Positions 60,329 to 64,000 of a DNA stretch of 64,000 bases are shown piece by piece. Each line of letters begins with the position of its first letter. The stretch's first letter is position 1. The stretch spans positions 27,627-91,626 of the forward strand of contig JAIOZK010000008.1 in NCBI GenBank assembly GCA_021740625.1, in the 5' to 3' direction. Origin of the DNA: Bacteroidales bacterium. GTDB lineage: Bacteria; Bacteroidota; Bacteroidia; Bacteroidales; JAIOZK01. The translations under genes were made by a program, and so were the position numbers. The notes beneath the pieces were generated by a model, which saw only the letters and a list, made by a program, of their open reading frames with translations, made no database searches and was not told the origin of the DNA.

Positions 60329-61384
60329 ATGAAAAACCAAAACAAAAAAATCCAGGAATTGATAACTGCATCCCGCTCAGAAATTGCGGAAGAGATTGTA
60401 AACCTGCAGTATGCAAAGAATCCTGAGGCGTGGGAAAAATACGGGCCTGCCGGCAAAAAACTCAGCATCCGGGATGCCGGATATCATTTACCTTTCTTAA
60501 CAGAAGCTATTGTTTCTGAAGATGATTCTATTTTCAGGGAATATGTGACCTGGGTAAAAAAGCTGTTCACAGGATTAAACCTGCCACAGGATACCATGAA
60601 AGTTACCCTGGAATGTACCCGGGAGGTCCTTCAGCATTATCTTTCGGAGGAAATGGCAAAAACTACAAATCACTTTATTGAATCAGGTCTTGAGCAATTA
60701 AAAAAGGAAGTAACTGATGACAAACCTTTTATCAATAAAGCGGATTACCTGGGGGAGGCTGCATATCAATATATTAATGCTTTGTTAAATGGTGACAGGA
60801 TGCAGGCCGGAGAGATCATCATGCAAACTGTTGAATCAGGGAAACCGGTCAGGGATATTTACATCCACATTTTCCAGAAATCTCAATATGAGGTTGGCCG
60901 ATTATGGCTGAATAACAAAATAACAGTAGCCAAGGAACATTTTTGCTCGGCGGCTACCCAACAGATCATGTCGCAGTTGTACCCCTACATTTTTACAACC
61001 GACAGGATCGGGAAAACTTTTGTGGCTGCTTGTATTGGAGGCGAATTGCATGAGATTGGGATTCGTATGGTAGCCGATTTTTTTGAGATGGAAGGATGGG
61101 ATACCTATTATCTGGGAGCCAATTCACCAACCAGCAGCATTGTCCAGGCCATAGAAGATAAAAATGCAAATCTTCTGGGTCTTTCCGTTGCCATGCCCTA
61201 TCACAGGAATTTACTCAGGGAGGCCATTGATGAAATCAGACAGGAAACCAACAATAAGATCAAGATCATGGTTGGTGGAAATGCCATGAATACCCATGAT
61301 GATGCATGGAGGAATTTTCGGTCGGATGCCTATGCGCCTGATGCCATCAAAGCCATTGAAATTGCAAAACAATTGCTGAATTAA
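60329..61384 (+). CDS. Cobalamin-binding sensor: helical N-terminal domain + CarH-type B12-binding module, no HTH
   Basis: W-x9-EH (WLNNKITVAKEH), ELHEIG, GLSV and VGG motifs. Confidence 0.85.
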   Translation: MKNQNKKIQELITASRSEIAEEIVNLQYAKNPEAWEKYGPAGKKLSIRDAGYHLPFLTEAIVSEDDSIFREYVTWVKKLFTGLNLPQDTMKVTLECTREVLQHYLSEEMAKTTNHFIESGLEQLKKEVTDDKPFINKADYLGEAAYQYINALLNGDRMQAGEIIMQTVESGKPVRDIYIHIFQKSQYEVGRLWLNNKITVAKEHFCSAATQQIMSQLYPYIFTTDRIGKTFVAACIGGELHEIGIRMVADFFEMEGWDTYYLGANSPTSSIVQAIEDKNANLLGLSVAMPYHRNLLREAIDEIRQETNNKIKIMVGGNAMNTHDDAWRNFRSDAYAPDAIKAIEIAKQLLN

Positions 61385-61389
61385 TCAAT

Positions 61390-62577
61390 ATGAAGGATCA
61401 TGCAATAAACGGACTGGCAGTTTTATGCGAAGAGAGCGGGAAGATCGAAAAGGTTCTCCGGGATGATTTTGGTGCACTGCAAAATGCAGGCGGAAAACAA
61501 TTCTCAAATATCATCGACCCCGGCTCGCGAGAGAAATCACTGAATTTCATCCTGGAAATTAAAAAGAAGAACATTGCATTTGACTATCAATTGAACATGT
61601 TGATCGATCAGAAGCTGAAAACACTTTATTTCATCGGGATACACCTTGATGAAAAAATTATGCTCATCGGAGCCGATAATCACAAGGAAGCCCTCGAATT
61701 CACCAATCATTTGCAACAAATATCCAACGAGCAAGCCAACCAGATCAGGGATTTACTAAAACAGCAGGCCATTAGGTCAAACAACAATGATAAGGAAACA
61801 GCACACCTGTTTGACGAGTTGACCCGCCTGAACAACGAATTGGTAAACCTTCAACGTGAGCTCTCGAAAAAAAACATTGAGCTTGAAAAGCTGAATGATC
61901 TGAAAAACCAGTTCATGGGGATGGCAGCACATGACATGCGAAATCCCCTGGGTATTATTCAAAACTACACTGAATTTCTGATTGAAGAGATTGCTGACGA
62001 TCTTGAAGAAGATCACCGCATGTTTTTAAATACCATCTATGAATCGACTGATTTCATGTTAAAGCTGATTGAAGATTTGCTCGACTATTCCAAAGTCGAA
62101 TCAGGGAAAATACAGTTGAATCCTTCCAGCTTTGATCTTGTTGAACTAATGCTGGATAATATCAAACTGAATCAAAGTCTCGCCAATAAGAAAGATATCA
62201 GGATTCATTTCGAGCATCCCGGCAAAATACCAATATATGCCGATCAGCATAAACTTGTTCAGGTGTTGAACAATCTGCTGAGCAATGCCATCAAATTTTC
62301 TGAAAACGGATCGAACATCAACGTTAAACTGCTCCTTGAAGGTAATAAAATTACACTCCGGGTAAAGGACGAAGGTATCGGGATAAAGGAGGAAGACCTT
62401 GAAAAGTTGTTCGTTCCTTTTTCCAAAATCTCCAGTACAGGCACCGGAGGAGAAAAAGGAACAGGATTGGGCTTATCCATTGTTAAAAAAATCATTGAAA
62501 GTCATAATGGAAGCATACAGGTGAAAAGTAAATATGGCGAGGGAACAGAGTTTTCAATCCATATGCCAACAAAGTAA
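61390..62577 (+). CDS. Cytoplasmic sensor histidine kinase
   Basis: No TM; coiled coil, AAHDMRNPL, NNLLSNAIKFS, DEGIGI, GTGLGLSI. Confidence 0.95.
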   Translation: MKDHAINGLAVLCEESGKIEKVLRDDFGALQNAGGKQFSNIIDPGSREKSLNFILEIKKKNIAFDYQLNMLIDQKLKTLYFIGIHLDEKIMLIGADNHKEALEFTNHLQQISNEQANQIRDLLKQQAIRSNNNDKETAHLFDELTRLNNELVNLQRELSKKNIELEKLNDLKNQFMGMAAHDMRNPLGIIQNYTEFLIEEIADDLEEDHRMFLNTIYESTDFMLKLIEDLLDYSKVESGKIQLNPSSFDLVELMLDNIKLNQSLANKKDIRIHFEHPGKIPIYADQHKLVQVLNNLLSNAIKFSENGSNINVKLLLEGNKITLRVKDEGIGIKEEDLEKLFVPFSKISSTGTGGEKGTGLGLSIVKKIIESHNGSIQVKSKYGEGTEFSIHMPTK

Positions 62578-62585
62578 ATTGAGTA

Positions 62586-63764
62586 TTGAAAAAAGATTTT
62601 AAAATATTGATTGTTGATGACGATCCTGATATTATTCAGGTCATTGAGCGTTCTTTGCAATCGGAAAATTACAAAACAGCATCCTGCCGGGATCTGAATT
62701 CAGCAATGGAGCTGATCAGGGAAATAAACCCCAACTTGCTTATTCTTGATGTAATACTACCAGATGGAAACGGAATTGAAGCGGCTGCAAGTATCCTGGA
62801 AAATCAGCCCAACCTGGATATGTATATCTTTTTGATCTCAGGCAATAGAAAGTCCGGGGATGATCTGGAAAAGGCTTATCAATCGGGTGTCCTGGATTAT
62901 GTACTCAAACCCATCAACCTGAAAGAACTAAGCAGAAAGATCAAGCTGATTTATCGCATAACAAAACTTAAAGAAAAACAAAAGCTTGCTGAAGGGAAAT
63001 ATATGCACCTGATCAAGCATTCGAATGATCTGATTTTCTCAATTGATAGCAAACAAAAGATATTGCTGCTCAATACCAGTTTTGAAAATGTAACGGGTCA
63101 TACAACCTGGTCATTGAAAAACAAAACTTTTGAAAAGATAGTATGCGCGGAAGATCAGTTAGAATGGAATGAATATTTGAAAGCCATCTTAACAAACCAG
63201 GCCAGCAATGCTCATGAAATTCGAATTCTTGACAAGGATCAGCAAATAATACCCCTGAGAGTTTTTCTGTCAAAAATAAAGCATGATAATGAAGAGATTG
63301 GTTTTCTTGGTATTGCAAAAGATCTGAGTGAGCAAAAACTGCTCAACCTGGAAAAAGGTTCCGGGGAAAATTCGCGCAAGCGGGAAATGAGGTCCTGGTC
63401 TGTTTTATCCGACAGCCAGACCTCAAAAACGTCGGATATCTACGAAGGAGCTTCTCCATTTAAAACAGATCCGGAGATATACGAACGACTTTTCAAAGAC
63501 TACCAGCAGATTCTTGATAAAAGCGTTGAACAAAGGATATACAAGGTCCATTTCAACGGAAAAGAGAAGCTGATAAAAATGGCAAGCGAATTTGGTTTTC
63601 TAAAAGCCTCCCCAAGGGAGGTGATCAAGTTAAACAGCATGGTCCTTAAGGAAAAAATGAAAACAAAACACCCCAGGAAGTTAATCGTATACCATGAAGA
63701 AGCCAGGCTGATCATGCTGGAATTGATGGGTTACCTGGCATCCTATTACAGAAACAGAATTTAA
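62586..63764 (+). CDS. Response regulator REC-PAS with KaiA-like C-terminal helical domain
   Basis: ILIVDDD, LDVILPDG, KP; PAS segment; C-terminus RLIMLELMGYLASYYRNRI; TTG start. Confidence 0.8.
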   Translation: MKKDFKILIVDDDPDIIQVIERSLQSENYKTASCRDLNSAMELIREINPNLLILDVILPDGNGIEAAASILENQPNLDMYIFLISGNRKSGDDLEKAYQSGVLDYVLKPINLKELSRKIKLIYRITKLKEKQKLAEGKYMHLIKHSNDLIFSIDSKQKILLLNTSFENVTGHTTWSLKNKTFEKIVCAEDQLEWNEYLKAILTNQASNAHEIRILDKDQQIIPLRVFLSKIKHDNEEIGFLGIAKDLSEQKLLNLEKGSGENSRKREMRSWSVLSDSQTSKTSDIYEGASPFKTDPEIYERLFKDYQQILDKSVEQRIYKVHFNGKEKLIKMASEFGFLKASPREVIKLNSMVLKEKMKTKHPRKLIVYHEEARLIMLELMGYLASYYRNRI

Positions 63765-63775
63765 ATGGAATAAAC

Positions 63776-64000
63776 ATGAATAAGTACACATTCAAATTGT
63801 TTTTAACCGGTAAATCCGCCCGATCGGAGGGAGCGGTTAAAACCATTAAACAGATTTTAAAAGATGAATCCGGTTTGGAATTCAAACTGGATATCATCGA
63901 TGTACTTGAAAGTCCTGATATTGCTGAACAGAATAAGGTACTGGCAACACCAACACTCATCAAATTGTTGCCTCCTCCGGTCAAACGTCTGGTTGGTGAT
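63776..64000 (+). CDS. kaiB: Circadian clock protein KaiB (3' truncated; not in ORF track)
   Basis: Manual translation MNKYTFKLFLTGKSARSEGAVKTIKQILKDESGLEFKLDIIDVLESPDIAEQNKVLATPTLIKLLPPPVKRLVGD; IDVLxxP, LATPTLIK and PxxRLxGD are KaiB signatures. Confidence 0.93.
   Translation, partial: MNKYTFKLFLTGKSARSEGAVKTIKQILKDESGLEFKLDIIDVLESPDIAEQNKVLATPTLIKLLPPPVKRLVGD

Overview
64 kb of a Bacteroidota (probably Bacteroidales-like, anaerobic or microaerophilic) chromosome. The assignment rests on TAnnTTTG -7 promoter motifs, a T9SS C-terminal domain and many Sec/SPII lipoproteins. Housekeeping genes (pfkA, alr, ispG, trkAH, pgk, katG, argBDCJ, creD) are mixed with four accessory systems. (1) 11.2-20.5 kb: a cytochrome cluster with 22 c-heme motifs (hexaheme lipoprotein, DUF5777-like beta-barrel, 7-heme cytochrome plus cytochrome b, 7-heme NapC/ImcH-like protein, system II maturation). 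It is divergent from a Crp/Fnr regulator with a perfect FNR box and looks like an envelope-spanning electron conduit. (2) 47.4-50.0 kb: a second DUF5777 barrel with repeat-module cytochrome lipoproteins. (3) 51.8-59.8 kb: an operon of PqqD/RRE, ATP-grasp, PLP decarboxylase with a leader-peptide-like N-terminus, eIF2B-like protein, urea-transporter/M23 fusion and two TPR proteins. (4) 60.3-64.0 kb: a CarH-type B12-binding sensor, histidine kinase, REC-PAS protein ending in a KaiA-like tail, and KaiB (truncated by the window edge, absent from the ORF track), i.e. a candidate B12-gated Kai clock. Also present are an orphan Cas6, a HAD pseudogene and several families of intergenic palindromic repeats. 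No rRNA, tRNA, CRISPR array or intact transposase was seen. All homology calls are from motif recognition by eye; no searches were run.
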